A DNA stretch of 61,524 bases, filler included, from Nitrospiraceae bacterium (GCA_002726235.1; 3 parts of 3 records of this genome joined end to end with filler, not necessarily neighbours in it), one strand, 5' to 3'; shown: positions 50,053 through 60,439, counted from the first letter of the whole stretch. Translations and numbers: made by a program. The notes: a model not told the origin generated them from the sequence alone.

Positions 50053-51153
50053 ATGGTTCCATACTCGTATTTAGACCGTCAGTTCGCGGATGTTGAACAG
50101 TACCTTGCCGCGATTCGACAGGTCGTGGAAGCTGGCGACTTTACCCTTGGCCAGCCTGTCAGAGAGTTCGAGGAACGCTTTGCGACACTCTGTGGGCTTC
50201 CTCATGCGGTTGGGGTGGGGTCTGGAACAGATGCGATCATCATGTCATTGGAGATGCTTGGAATTGGCAAGGGAGATGAGGTAATTACCGCACCGAATAC
50301 GTTTATAGCCACTGTCGGTGCGATTGTAGCGACTGGCGCTCGCCCGGTGTTTGTAGACATTGATCAAGAATTCAATATCCGAGTTGATGCGATTGAGGCA
50401 GCTCTTACCCCTCGCACGAAGGCAATCGTGCCGGTGCACTGGGGCGGGACACCTGCTGACATGTTCGCGATTATGGATATTGCAACGCACCATCACCTGG
50501 CTGTGGTTGAGGATGCTGCGCAAGCTATTCTGGCGAGTATCAATGAGAAACCAGTGGGGTCATGGGGGGATGCTGTGGCGTTTAGCCTTCATCCGCTCAA
50601 GAATCTTAATGTCTGGGGAGATGGCGGCGTGATTATGACGCAGTCTGCCGAGTTCGCTGAGAAATTGCGATTACACCGAAACCATGGCTTAACCACGCGA
50701 GATGACGTCGAGGTGTTCGGACGTAATTCTCGCTTAGACTCCGTTCAGGCGGCTGTTGGGAACGTACTCATTGAGCAAACTGAAGCCATTACGCGGCAGC
50801 GGATTCGCAATGCCGGCCGATATGATGCTGCATTTGCACAGATTTCAGACTGTATTGAGTTGCCACCGCGTCGGGCACACGTGAAACAGGTCTATCACCT
50901 CTATTTAATGATGGTGGAAAAACGAGATGAGCTTTTGCGAGCGCTCAACGAGGATGGTATTGAGGCAAAGGTTCATTATCCTATCCCTCTTCATCTTCAG
51001 AAGGCAGCAGCAGCATTGGGGTACAAGGCCGGGGACTTTCCAGCCTGCGAAAGATATTGCAGCAAGGTCCTGACGCTACCAGTTCATCAACATTTGACCG
51101 AGGATGAAATCGATCACGTGATCAATGCAGTTGTCCGTTTCTACCGCGGATGA
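50053..51153 (+). CDS. DegT/DnrJ/EryC1/StrS sugar aminotransferase (second paralog)
   Basis: GSGTDAI, VEDAAQA, SLHPLKNL, NSRLDSVQAA, VHYPIP. Confidence 0.92.
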   Translation: MVPYSYLDRQFADVEQYLAAIRQVVEAGDFTLGQPVREFEERFATLCGLPHAVGVGSGTDAIIMSLEMLGIGKGDEVITAPNTFIATVGAIVATGARPVFVDIDQEFNIRVDAIEAALTPRTKAIVPVHWGGTPADMFAIMDIATHHHLAVVEDAAQAILASINEKPVGSWGDAVAFSLHPLKNLNVWGDGGVIMTQSAEFAEKLRLHRNHGLTTRDDVEVFGRNSRLDSVQAAVGNVLIEQTEAITRQRIRNAGRYDAAFAQISDCIELPPRRAHVKQVYHLYLMMVEKRDELLRALNEDGIEAKVHYPIPLHLQKAAAALGYKAGDFPACERYCSKVLTLPVHQHLTEDEIDHVINAVVRFYRG

Positions 51154-52169
51154 ATGTTCAGGTTGGTGCTGTGGGTTCTGGACACAAATATGTGGTGGTC
51201 GGTAGCAATTCGTTTTCGGGAAGCGATTTTATTGATCTCTTGCTGGAAAATCCAAAAAATAAGATCATCGGGATCAGTCGATCTCCAGAAAAGGCTCCAG
51301 TTTTTCTTCCATATAAACGGATGGACACTAAGCAATTTTGTTTTGCCCAAATCGATCTGAATCAGGACATGCCTCAGCTGCTTGATCTGCTTGATCTCGA
51401 GCAGCCAGACTACGTGGTAAACTTTGCGGCATTGTTGGAGCCTGGTTATAGCTGGAAAAACCCCGAACAGTGGTTTTACACGAATGCCGTGAGTCTCGTA
51501 CGGCTTACCGATCATTTGAAAACAGCAGACTATCTTAAGCGGTATGTCCATATCTCAACCCCGGAGGTCTACGGGAGTTGTCAGGGGTATATAACGGAAG
51601 ATGCACCGCTTAATCCGAGTACACCGTATGCGGTGTCGAAAGCAGCGGGCGATCTCTTCCTGTTTACGCTTGTCAAGAGCTTCAAGTTCCCAATGGTGAT
51701 GATTCGTGCGACTAATGTTTATGGTGCTTACCAACAGCTCTATCGCATCATTCCCCGTACGGTGATGTATCTCAAGCTTGGTCGAAAAATCGAACTCCAT
51801 GGTGGAGGAGCGGCAATCAAGTCGTATATCCACATTCGCGATGTTTCTCGTGGGGAGCTGACAGCGTTGCAGAAAGGAAAGAATGGGGCAATCTACCATC
51901 TTTCGCCGGATGAAAGTATAAGTATTCGCGAGCTTGTCCGCATGATTTGTAAGCGCATGAATTATGTTTTTCAGGATGTGACAATCGATGTGGCGGAGAG
52001 GGTTGGTCAGGATGCCGCGTATACGATTGATTCTAGTCGCGCGAGGCAAGAGCTTGGATGGATTCCGCAGATTAGTCTCCAGCGTGGAGTCGATGAGGTT
52101 ATCGAGTGGGTGGAACAACACTGGGATGATATTCGTCATCGGCCTCTCGAATATGAGCATTGGTTTTAA
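51150..52169 (+). CDS. NDP-sugar 4,6-dehydratase-like SDR
   Basis: GSNSFSG, VVNFAA, STPEVYG, PYAVSKAA, NVYG. Confidence 0.82.
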   Translation: MNVQVGAVGSGHKYVVVGSNSFSGSDFIDLLLENPKNKIIGISRSPEKAPVFLPYKRMDTKQFCFAQIDLNQDMPQLLDLLDLEQPDYVVNFAALLEPGYSWKNPEQWFYTNAVSLVRLTDHLKTADYLKRYVHISTPEVYGSCQGYITEDAPLNPSTPYAVSKAAGDLFLFTLVKSFKFPMVMIRATNVYGAYQQLYRIIPRTVMYLKLGRKIELHGGGAAIKSYIHIRDVSRGELTALQKGKNGAIYHLSPDESISIRELVRMICKRMNYVFQDVTIDVAERVGQDAAYTIDSSRARQELGWIPQISLQRGVDEVIEWVEQHWDDIRHRPLEYEHWF

Positions 52170-53074
52170 TGACTCGAGGGGATCATCGGCCGTGCGATGC
52201 TCGTGTTGTTGTGCTTGGACACAGCGGGTTTCTCGGAGCAGAAATTCTCTTGAGGCTGAGGCAGGCTGATGTTAACGCGGAAGGCATCTCATCGGCGCAG
52301 TGCGATCTTTTGGATATGGAGCAGGTTGCAGAATATTTTTCTGGAGTGACGGGTCGTTTTCAGGTGGTATTTTGTGCCGCGCGAACACGGCAGCGGGGGC
52401 AGTCCTTTGATTCCATGACTCAAAACATCAGAATGATTCAGAACTTTCTTCATGCTGTTCCGCGGCAGCAACTTGATTCGGTGGTGTACCTGAGTTCAGT
52501 TGATGTGTATGGGTCTCACCCGAAGTTGCCTATATCAGAGAATTCGCCATCAAGACCTCATAATTCATACGGGATATCAAAGCTTTGCGGGGAATACCTA
52601 TTGGCGCTTCCAGGGCTAGAATCCTGTCCGGCTGCAATTTTGCGTTTGCCGGGAGTGTATGGGTCTGGAGATCAGGCACTCAGTGTTGTGGGGCGGTTGT
52701 TCCAGCAAATGTGCCGGGATGGGAGAGTCAAAATTGTCGGCGATGGACGCGTTCGTCGTGATTTCTTGGAGGTGGGTGATCTTTGTTCGGTTGTGCGCCG
52801 GGTTCTCGAGCAGCCGTTCACTGGAACTCTCAACATTGTCACTGGGCAGAGCATCACAGTTATTGAGTTGGTCCACATGCTTTCTGCTGCTACAAGGCTG
52901 TCGCCGGCCATCGAGTTCGTCGATGCCGATTCTCAACAGGTTGGTGATCTGATCTTCGATGCCACCGCGATGCGCAGCCGGTTCCCTGATCTTCAGTTGA
53001 TGCCGGTGCAACACGGCATTGCAAAATATATTTCGACATCGACTCTCATGGAGGACATGGACCGTCATGGCTGA
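52169..53074 (+). CDS. NAD-dependent epimerase/reductase (SDR)
   Basis: GHSGFLG, SSVDVYG, YGISK, LRLPGVYG, RRDFL. Confidence 0.82.
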   Translation: MTRGDHRPCDARVVVLGHSGFLGAEILLRLRQADVNAEGISSAQCDLLDMEQVAEYFSGVTGRFQVVFCAARTRQRGQSFDSMTQNIRMIQNFLHAVPRQQLDSVVYLSSVDVYGSHPKLPISENSPSRPHNSYGISKLCGEYLLALPGLESCPAAILRLPGVYGSGDQALSVVGRLFQQMCRDGRVKIVGDGRVRRDFLEVGDLCSVVRRVLEQPFTGTLNIVTGQSITVIELVHMLSAATRLSPAIEFVDADSQQVGDLIFDATAMRSRFPDLQLMPVQHGIAKYISTSTLMEDMDRHG

Positions 53075-53726
53075 AATTAATTTAATGGATTGCTATCCTC
53101 GGTCCACGCGACCCATTGAGGAACGTGTGGCAAAAACCACCGATAATGATCGGGCGATTGCGAGGCAATTTGGAAAGGAATTTTTTGATGGGGATCGTCT
53201 CCATGGGTATGGTGGTTATTCCTATCATCCTCGATTCTGGGAGGCGACCGTTCGGCGATTTCGCGACTATTACCGGCTCCATGACAATGCCCATGTGCTT
53301 GATGTTGGATGTGGGAAGGGCTTCATGCTACATGATTTTAAAGCGTTGATGCCAGATCTCACGGTCGCCGGGGTCGACATTTCTGAATACGCAATTGAAC
53401 AGGCCATTGACGATATGCGTTCATTCGTCAGTGTGGGAAACGCGAAGGAATTGCCGTATGAGGACAAGTCATTTGATTTGGTGATTTCGATCAACACTGT
53501 ACACAATTTACCGTTGGAGGAATGTAAGCAAGCGATACGCGAAATCCAGCGCGTGAGCAAGGCTCACGCGTTCATCGTTGTTGACGCGTGGCGTAGTGAC
53601 GACGAACGTAGACGCATGCTTATGTGGAATTTGACTGCCCTGACTTATATGCACGTTGACGACTGGGAAAAGCTTTTTATTGAGGTTGGCTATACTGGAG
53701 ACTCCTACTGGTTTATCGCCGAATGA
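53067..53726 (+). CDS. Class I SAM-dependent methyltransferase
   Basis: VLDVGCGKGF, GVDIS, LPYEDKSFDLVIS. Confidence 0.88.
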   Translation: MAEINLMDCYPRSTRPIEERVAKTTDNDRAIARQFGKEFFDGDRLHGYGGYSYHPRFWEATVRRFRDYYRLHDNAHVLDVGCGKGFMLHDFKALMPDLTVAGVDISEYAIEQAIDDMRSFVSVGNAKELPYEDKSFDLVISINTVHNLPLEECKQAIREIQRVSKAHAFIVVDAWRSDDERRRMLMWNLTALTYMHVDDWEKLFIEVGYTGDSYWFIAE

Positions 53727-53742
53727 TCCGTGTAGGTCTTGT

Positions 53743-54774
53743 ATGAAGGCAGCAGTGTTACGAAAAATTGGATACCCGTTGAGTATTGAAGAGGTGGCTT
53801 TGCCATGTTTGGGGTCAGGGCAGGTTCTTGTCAGGATGCAGTTAGCGGGAGTCTGTCATACACAAAAACTTGAGATTTCGGGGAGCCGAGGCCCTGATCG
53901 GTTCCTTCCTCATCTCTTAGGGCATGAGGGAGTTGGCGTGGTTGATGGTATCGGTCCCGGCGTAACGAAAGCAGTTGTTGGCGATCAAGTCGTTCTTTCT
54001 TGGATTCGGGGAAAAGGCATGACGATTGCACCGGTCCAATATACGTCAAGTCAGGGTGCGGTGAATGCAGGACCTATTGCTACGTTCTGTGAAAAAGCGG
54101 TGGTGTCCGAACAATGTGTCACTCGTGTCCATCCTGCTGTTCCTCCTGAAGATGCTGTTCTTGCTGGATGCGCGATTCCAACGGGCGCTGGAACAGTGTG
54201 GAATGCTATGCCTGGGAGTTCACAGAACACGGTGGGCATTATTGGGGCTGGTGGTGTAGGACTTTCCGCGGTTTGTGGGGCTCTATATGCTGGGTGGGGT
54301 CGAATTATCGTTATCGACCTTCACGATTCAAGATTAACGAGGGCATTGGCGTTGGGTGCGGGTCACACTATCAATGCTGGAACTGAGGATGTTGAAGAAA
54401 CCGTGCTCAGAATCACCCAGGGTGTCGGGTGTGATTTGGTAGTGGAGTGTGCTGGGGCAGTCGAGGCCATGGAAGTGGCAGTTCGCATCGCGAAGCCAAA
54501 GGGTGGCAAAGTTGTTATCGCGGGCAATGTTGAAGTTGGAACAAAATTCAGTCTTGATCCTTTCGATTTGATTAAAGGGCGATGGGTTGGTGGAAGTTGG
54601 GGGGGAGGTATTACTCCAGAGGAAGATATTCCACAAATTGTCAGATTGGTTGAAACCGGGAAACTGAATGGTCATTTACTCCTTGGACGTCGATATCCTC
54701 TTGATGCTGTCAATGAGGCTATTGCTTCGCTGTCGGGTGAAGATCCTGGGCGTCCAGTGATCGCATTTGCGTGA
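53743..54774 (+). CDS. Zinc-binding (MDR) alcohol dehydrogenase
   Basis: GVCHT, GHEGVG, GCAIPTG, GAGGVG; the structural-Zn Cys cluster is absent. Confidence 0.87.
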   Translation: MKAAVLRKIGYPLSIEEVALPCLGSGQVLVRMQLAGVCHTQKLEISGSRGPDRFLPHLLGHEGVGVVDGIGPGVTKAVVGDQVVLSWIRGKGMTIAPVQYTSSQGAVNAGPIATFCEKAVVSEQCVTRVHPAVPPEDAVLAGCAIPTGAGTVWNAMPGSSQNTVGIIGAGGVGLSAVCGALYAGWGRIIVIDLHDSRLTRALALGAGHTINAGTEDVEETVLRITQGVGCDLVVECAGAVEAMEVAVRIAKPKGGKVVIAGNVEVGTKFSLDPFDLIKGRWVGGSWGGGITPEEDIPQIVRLVETGKLNGHLLLGRRYPLDAVNEAIASLSGEDPGRPVIAFA

Positions 54775-54792
54775 GACCAGTACGAATAAGGC

Positions 54793-55323
54793 ATGTTTGA
54801 AATTTTTTCATACGTTGCCATGACCTTCTGTGGTGCTGTGCTACTTCATCGGGGGCTTCTTTCTATCAGGAGTTGCTTTCAGATACCCGAGCAGTCAAAA
54901 CTGATTCTGAGTGTGCCGTTTATCGTTGGGATTGGTTTTCTTTGGTACTTGCTTGAACTCCGCTTTACGGAAGTTTCCTATGCGTGGCCACTGACTATAA
55001 CGTTGGGTGCTATCGCATTGTATCTGGCTGGGATCATAGTTTACGTTGAATTTCGGGCTTTGTTGTCTCGCGGGTATTCGCTCCGTATCGTGATTGATCT
55101 TCTTGAGCGTGATGGATGCTTAGGTATCCAGCAATTGAAGGGAAGTTATGGGGGTGGGCTGAGTCTATCTGGCTTAATCGTGAAGCGCCTCAAGTCGCTT
55201 GCAGATCTTGGATTTTTACAGTTTGATGGGCGGAAAGTCGGGCCACTTACTCCTATCGGTCGAGCTTGTGCGACGATTGCCGTTTTTGCACGAAGCCTTC
55301 TTCGGTTGGAGAGGGTTGGGTAG
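54793..55323 (+). CDS. Membrane protein with C-terminal winged-helix-like segment
   Basis: About three hydrophobic helices, then ...KRLKSLADLGFLQF...LTPIGR. Confidence 0.6.
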   Translation: MFEIFSYVAMTFCGAVLLHRGLLSIRSCFQIPEQSKLILSVPFIVGIGFLWYLLELRFTEVSYAWPLTITLGAIALYLAGIIVYVEFRALLSRGYSLRIVIDLLERDGCLGIQQLKGSYGGGLSLSGLIVKRLKSLADLGFLQFDGRKVGPLTPIGRACATIAVFARSLLRLERVG

Positions 55324-55332
55324 TTTCAGGGT

Positions 55333-55830
55333 TTGATTTGGCCTGTTCTGATGTCGGCCGGGATTGGCGCGGCGACTTTTGTAGGGTTGCACGTCTTATG
55401 GTGGAGATGTTCGGCTTCAAATAATCCACGGATTGGGCTCCTATTTGTCTTGGCGATTATTGGGGTTGCCGTTTCCTTTACCGTCGGCATTCTCGTCTGC
55501 GAGATTGTTGACGAAGCACGGTGGGCGCTTCTGTGGATTGACGTCCTGCTCGTTGTTCTTTACTTCTTCCTTTATGCCGGTATTGTGCGGTCGGTTTCAC
55601 TGACTCTCCTAACGCATCTGCGTCAGGGCGGGCATCAATCGCTTGAGCTACAGTCCATCATTGATGAGTACTCTACCTCGTCGCGCTTTGAAGATCGGAT
55701 TCGACTCATGCATGAAAGTGGCTTTGTTAAAGTCTCGGGAGAATTTGTCATTCTCACCAAAAAAGGGCGTTTGCTCGCTCAAAGCGCAAAGGGAATGAGT
55801 CGCCTTTTAGGGACAGTGTTGGAGGGATAG
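55333..55830 (+). CDS. Membrane protein with C-terminal winged-helix-like segment (similar architecture to the upstream gene)
   Basis: About three hydrophobic helices, then ...DRIRLMHESGFVKV...LTKKGR. Confidence 0.6.
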   Translation: MIWPVLMSAGIGAATFVGLHVLWWRCSASNNPRIGLLFVLAIIGVAVSFTVGILVCEIVDEARWALLWIDVLLVVLYFFLYAGIVRSVSLTLLTHLRQGGHQSLELQSIIDEYSTSSRFEDRIRLMHESGFVKVSGEFVILTKKGRLLAQSAKGMSRLLGTVLEG

Positions 55831-55849
55831 GGCTATACGTGAGGCAACG

Positions 55850-56578
55850 TTGAGTGCATCTATCAGCTTTTTCGTGCCTTGCTTGAATGAGGAGGGAAAC
55901 GTCGGCCGAAGCATCGACACGATCGTCGAGGTGATGAGCCAGTTGAGGAATCCCTATGAGATTCTGATTGTCGATGACGCTTCGCATGACGGGACGGTTG
56001 CTGAAGTCTTACACAGTTGCAGGCGGTATCCGGGGACACGGATAGAAATTATCCGTAACCGATTTTGCCGTGGGCTTGGGCGGAACTATTTCATCGCGGC
56101 CCATCGGGCTACGAATGAATACTTCATGCTCGTCAATGGGGATGCTGCTGAGCCGATGGAATCAATTCGAGAAATTCTGGCACATGTGGGAGAGGCGGAT
56201 GCGATTGTCCCCTACTTTGGGATCAATGAAACACGAACGATCCCTCGAAAAATCTTGAGCGCGACATTCACACACTTTGTCAATTTGCTTAGTGGGCATC
56301 GTCTTAAATACTACAATGGGCCTGTGTTGCATAAAACCGAAAATGTTTGGATGTGGTTTTCAGAAACTGCAGGGTTTGGCTACCAGGCAGAGCTGCTTTG
56401 TCGGCTACTCGATGAAGGTATTTCTGTGAGAGAGGTGCAAATTTCGAACAGCGATCGAGAAAGTGGCTTCTCTAAAGCTTTCACCATCAGGAACCTTCTT
56501 TCCGTGGCCAATACACTGTTGCACATTTTTTTGCGGCGCCTTGAAGGGGTTGCATTTCGTTACCTGAAACCATCATAA
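55850..56578 (+). CDS. GT2 glycosyltransferase (polyprenyl-phosphate sugar synthase-like)
   Basis: FVPCLNEEGN, IVDDASHDGT, NGD, R..G.SK; short single-domain length. Confidence 0.82.
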   Translation: MSASISFFVPCLNEEGNVGRSIDTIVEVMSQLRNPYEILIVDDASHDGTVAEVLHSCRRYPGTRIEIIRNRFCRGLGRNYFIAAHRATNEYFMLVNGDAAEPMESIREILAHVGEADAIVPYFGINETRTIPRKILSATFTHFVNLLSGHRLKYYNGPVLHKTENVWMWFSETAGFGYQAELLCRLLDEGISVREVQISNSDRESGFSKAFTIRNLLSVANTLLHIFLRRLEGVAFRYLKPS

Positions 56579-56626
56579 GCGTAACCATTTGGTTGCCAAT
56601 AAGCTGATGCAAGGAGATTTAATCCC

Positions 56627-57010
56627 ATGATGAAGACTCTTTTTCTAGTGGCAATAGCGATAGGCATGAGCGTGATTGGCCAATTGTGCTTAAAGGTAGG
56701 AATGACACAGGTCGGGCGTGTGGGCATGGAGCAGCTCATGTTCCCGGTGGAGGTGATTTTCAAGGTAGTGACAACGCCACTTATTGTGCTGGCTGTGCTG
56801 GTGTATATCATCGATTTTGGAATTTGGTTGATTGTACTCTCCAGGGCCAATTTGAGCTTTGTCTACCCGCTTTTGTCGGCCACATACATATTGGTGCCTT
56901 TGGCGGCTTACTTTCTCTTGTCGGAGTCAATTAATCCACAGCAGTGGGCAGGGATATTTGTTATCACAGTTGGAGTATTACTGGTCGCGGGATCTCGGGT
57001 ACACGTGTGA
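56627..57010 (+). CDS. EamA/SMR-type small flippase (ArnE/ArnF-like)
   Basis: Four TM helices, GQLCLK, WLIVLSRANLSFVYPLLS, E.I...QWAG. Confidence 0.8.
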   Translation: MMKTLFLVAIAIGMSVIGQLCLKVGMTQVGRVGMEQLMFPVEVIFKVVTTPLIVLAVLVYIIDFGIWLIVLSRANLSFVYPLLSATYILVPLAAYFLLSESINPQQWAGIFVITVGVLLVAGSRVHV

Positions 57011-58455
57011 TCAAGGAACGCGAATTGACTAGAGTTTTCCAGCCAATTGCCGGCGATGCAAATAACCCTGGCTTGAAGTGGGAAACAGTGATGGCTTGGG
57101 CGGAAACGAGGAAGACTCGATCTCTTGTGGCACGTCCGACGTCTCTGGAGGAATGCCAGGCGGTTCTTGGGTTTGCTCGTCAACATGGACTCACGGTCTG
57201 TCCGCGTGGGGCTGGGCATAGTTATGCTGACGCGATCCTCAACAATGGGGAAATCGTTCTGGATATGAGCAGGATGAATCGGATTCTCACATGGGATAGG
57301 GAGAACGGGGAGTTGGTCGTCGAGCCTGGAGTCACTTTTGCTCAAATCTTAAGCAAGGTGTTGCTCGCACGCTGGACTCTTAGTGCCTGCGTGGGGGGGA
57401 TGGGCGTGACGGTTGCTGGTGCCGTCTCGAATGATGTTCACGGCAAGGACTCGTGGAAAGTTGGAAATTTTGGTAACCACGTGCTTGCATTGAAATTGCT
57501 CACGTCGCAGGGTGAGGTAGTCACGGTTGACAGAAATGGGGATTATGAGCTTTTTCGATCTGTTGTAGCCGGGCTGGGGCTGCTTGGTGTGCTTGTGGAA
57601 GTAACCTTGCAGTTGCAACGCGTTCCCTCGGCTTTTGTCGAGGTTACGACTATTCCGGTGAGGGATTTGAATGAGTCCCTTGAGGTTATGGAGCGGGCCA
57701 AAGAATCCTCGGATTTTATCATCTCATGGGTTGATGCGTTTGCTAATGGCAAGGGGCTTGGACGAGGCACTGTCGAAATAGCGCGCTGGTTAGACGTGAG
57801 GGAGGACATTGACTCGTTGGAGCTTGAGCGCTCATTGACGGTACCTAGGAGCATTTTTGGTCTGTTTCCAGCTACCTTTACCTGGTCGATGGTCCGTCCA
57901 TTTTTCCGTCCTAGGATGATCCAAGTAGCAAATGCGGCGAAGTATCGACGTGATCAATGGGGTGGACGGCGGACGGGGAAAGCGCTTTTCACCGATTTTA
58001 ACTTTATGTTGAATAAGATCCCAGGATGGAAACATTTGTACAGGCCTTATGGATATCTAGAGTTCCAGCCTATGATCCCTCGCCATAAAGGCAATGAGAT
58101 GCTTGCTGAGATTCTGAATATGTGCCGCACTGAACAGGCTCAATCACTGCTGTGTGCAGTGAAATCCCACAAGCCAAGCGACTTTCCTCTGTCCTATGCG
58201 GGTGATGGTTACAGCATTGGAATCGATATCGCTCTACGTGGAAGAGATAGGCAATCGGTTGTGCGGTTTACTAGGAGACTATATGATTACGTCGCAGGCC
58301 AAGGGGGTATGGCGTTTCTTGCGAAAGATGAAACGTTGCCAAGAGACCTTTTTGTGCAGATGTACCCGCGTTACCAGGAGTTTTTGCAAGTGAAGCGAAG
58401 GGTTGATTCGCGGAATCTTTTTGTGTCCGATATGTATAGACGACTGCTTGCTTGA
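57007..58455 (+). CDS. FAD-binding oxidoreductase, DprE1-like
   Basis: RGAGHSYADA, VEPGVT, NDVHGK, GLGLLG, YGYLEFQ, FLAKD, MYPRYQEFLQVKRRVD...F.SD..RRL. Confidence 0.82.
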   Translation: MIKERELTRVFQPIAGDANNPGLKWETVMAWAETRKTRSLVARPTSLEECQAVLGFARQHGLTVCPRGAGHSYADAILNNGEIVLDMSRMNRILTWDRENGELVVEPGVTFAQILSKVLLARWTLSACVGGMGVTVAGAVSNDVHGKDSWKVGNFGNHVLALKLLTSQGEVVTVDRNGDYELFRSVVAGLGLLGVLVEVTLQLQRVPSAFVEVTTIPVRDLNESLEVMERAKESSDFIISWVDAFANGKGLGRGTVEIARWLDVREDIDSLELERSLTVPRSIFGLFPATFTWSMVRPFFRPRMIQVANAAKYRRDQWGGRRTGKALFTDFNFMLNKIPGWKHLYRPYGYLEFQPMIPRHKGNEMLAEILNMCRTEQAQSLLCAVKSHKPSDFPLSYAGDGYSIGIDIALRGRDRQSVVRFTRRLYDYVAGQGGMAFLAKDETLPRDLFVQMYPRYQEFLQVKRRVDSRNLFVSDMYRRLLA

Positions 58456-58780
58456 GATTGGTTGAAAGGCTGCTATACATTGGTGCAATGGGCGTTTTTT
58501 GGAAGCAATGTCAGTGGGGATGTGAAATTTTCTGCAATGATTGTTGATAGCGGTCGGTTCCTTTACCGCTTCAACTAAAAAGTGCTGAATTTATTGCTAT
58601 GAAGGAAAGACATTCTTATCAAGAGCAGTTGCCCTTTGGTCTTGCTTTCTTGAGTGTGTTCACATCAGGATATTTTTTCACCGAAGCAACCGTTGGCCGT
58701 GACATGGTTGTTTGTGGGTGGTACGGACGTGGATTAAACCCTCAAGTTTTCTCATCTGTGTAGAAAAGTGAAGATGCCCA

Positions 58781-60430
58781 GTGGGTAAGGAAACAATTGC
58801 TACGAAAGGTCCAACCTCGAAGGATATTCGTCCCTGCGAAGTGCTCTTCATAAACCCACCGTGGGTGTCGAAGACGCAGAATATTCGGTCTGGCATGAAG
58901 CATGCCATGCCACCGCTCTCTATCCTGTCCATAGCTGCCTATCTTGAGTCCCAGGGTCGCCAGGTGCAAGTGTTGGACGCTCACGTGGAGCGGTTGATTG
59001 ATCATGAGGTGTGCGATGCCATTCGTCGTGCCAATCCCAAGTGGGTAGGGGTAACTGTGTTGACCGCAACATCCATCACGGCTCATAGGATTGCTCGCTT
59101 GGTGAAATCAACTTGCCCAGACTGTCAGGTCGTCTTTGGGGGTGTTCATGCCGAAGCCGTCCCTGAGGAAACCCTTGCTAACAGTTCGGTGGACTTTGTG
59201 GTGCGCGGGGATGGCGAGGAAGTTTTTCTCAACCTTTTGCATGCGGAAGATCCTCGAACGGTGAATGGTATTTGTTACCGGGAAGGGACTTCTGTAACTT
59301 ATAATTCGCCGGCCGAAGTGATTATGGACCTCGATAAATATCCGCGGGCGGCTTATCATTTGGTGCCAATGCATCTCTACTATCCGGCAATCGGGGCCTA
59401 TAAAAACCTTCCTGCCATAAATATGATGATGACGCGGGGCTGTCCTGGGAAATGCACCTTTTGCAATTCTGCCAATACTACTCTTCGAACTCGCTCGGCG
59501 GCGCGCGTGGCCGAAGATATTCGCTATTTGCATGAAACCTATGGCATTCGCGAAGTTGAGTTCTTTGATGACACCTTTACAGTGATGGTCAAGAACGTGA
59601 AAGAATTTTGCCGTCTCATGAAAGAGGCCAACCTGGATGTAGTTTGGACGGCTTACATTCGGGCAGACTGCTTTAATGAGGAAATGGGGCATGCCATGAG
59701 GGATGCTGGCTGTCACCAAGTACTGGTCGGAGTGGAGTCGGGGAACATGAAGATCCTTGAGCTACTGCGCAAAACTATTTCCCTCGATCGCACCAAGCGG
59801 GCTGTACGCATTGCTCAGAAATGCGGGTTGGATGTCCGTGGGTCATTTATCTTGGGGAATGTCGGTGAAACGACAGAGACCATGATGGATTCATTGCGAT
59901 TTGCCATGGAACTGGATGCCGAGCTGGTCAACTTTCACATCAATACTCCTTATCCGGGAACTCAACTGTACAAGTGGGCCAAGGAGAACGGCGTGTTGGT
60001 GACAGAAGAGTGGACTGAATATGAACTTTCCACGTTTCTTCTTAAGTTGCCAACCGTGACCGCCCAACAGGTTTTCTCGTTCTACGATGAAGCACACAGG
60101 CGTTATTTTTTCCGTTGGGGACCCATCAAGACGCGCCTGAAGCGGATGCGGAGCAGGATGCAGGTACGGGATGCTATTAAGGCATTTTTCTACGTTATGT
60201 TGCGGTTGAAGCCTCATAAGGCTAGCGCTTTTTCGCGTGCGTGGGCGCAGAATTGTAAAGGGGACTTTTTTGATGTGCCGGTCGGCTTTGAAGAGGCAAA
60301 CTCGACTTTAACATGGGAGTTACGGCAAGGACCTGAGGCTAGTGAAAACAAACCCACACCACTTGATCTTTACGGGTTGCCTGCAGCATCTCAGGAGAAC
60401 ATGTCTAAAGTTCGCTTGGCCGATAATTGA
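58781..60430 (+). CDS. Cobalamin-binding radical SAM protein (class B methyltransferase-like)
   Basis: PPLSILSIAAYL B12 domain, GGVHA, RGDGE, TRGCPGKCTFC CxxxCxxC, GVESG, TPYPGT. Confidence 0.9.
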   Translation: MGKETIATKGPTSKDIRPCEVLFINPPWVSKTQNIRSGMKHAMPPLSILSIAAYLESQGRQVQVLDAHVERLIDHEVCDAIRRANPKWVGVTVLTATSITAHRIARLVKSTCPDCQVVFGGVHAEAVPEETLANSSVDFVVRGDGEEVFLNLLHAEDPRTVNGICYREGTSVTYNSPAEVIMDLDKYPRAAYHLVPMHLYYPAIGAYKNLPAINMMMTRGCPGKCTFCNSANTTLRTRSAARVAEDIRYLHETYGIREVEFFDDTFTVMVKNVKEFCRLMKEANLDVVWTAYIRADCFNEEMGHAMRDAGCHQVLVGVESGNMKILELLRKTISLDRTKRAVRIAQKCGLDVRGSFILGNVGETTETMMDSLRFAMELDAELVNFHINTPYPGTQLYKWAKENGVLVTEEWTEYELSTFLLKLPTVTAQQVFSFYDEAHRRYFFRWGPIKTRLKRMRSRMQVRDAIKAFFYVMLRLKPHKASAFSRAWAQNCKGDFFDVPVGFEEANSTLTWELRQGPEASENKPTPLDLYGLPAASQENMSKVRLADN

Positions 60431-60439
60431 GGTGGAGTT

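Noticed and set aside
58543..58575. Hairpin GTTGA-TAGCGGT...ACCGCT-TCAAC as an intrinsic terminator
   Set aside because: No U-tract follows on either strand; function unsupported.
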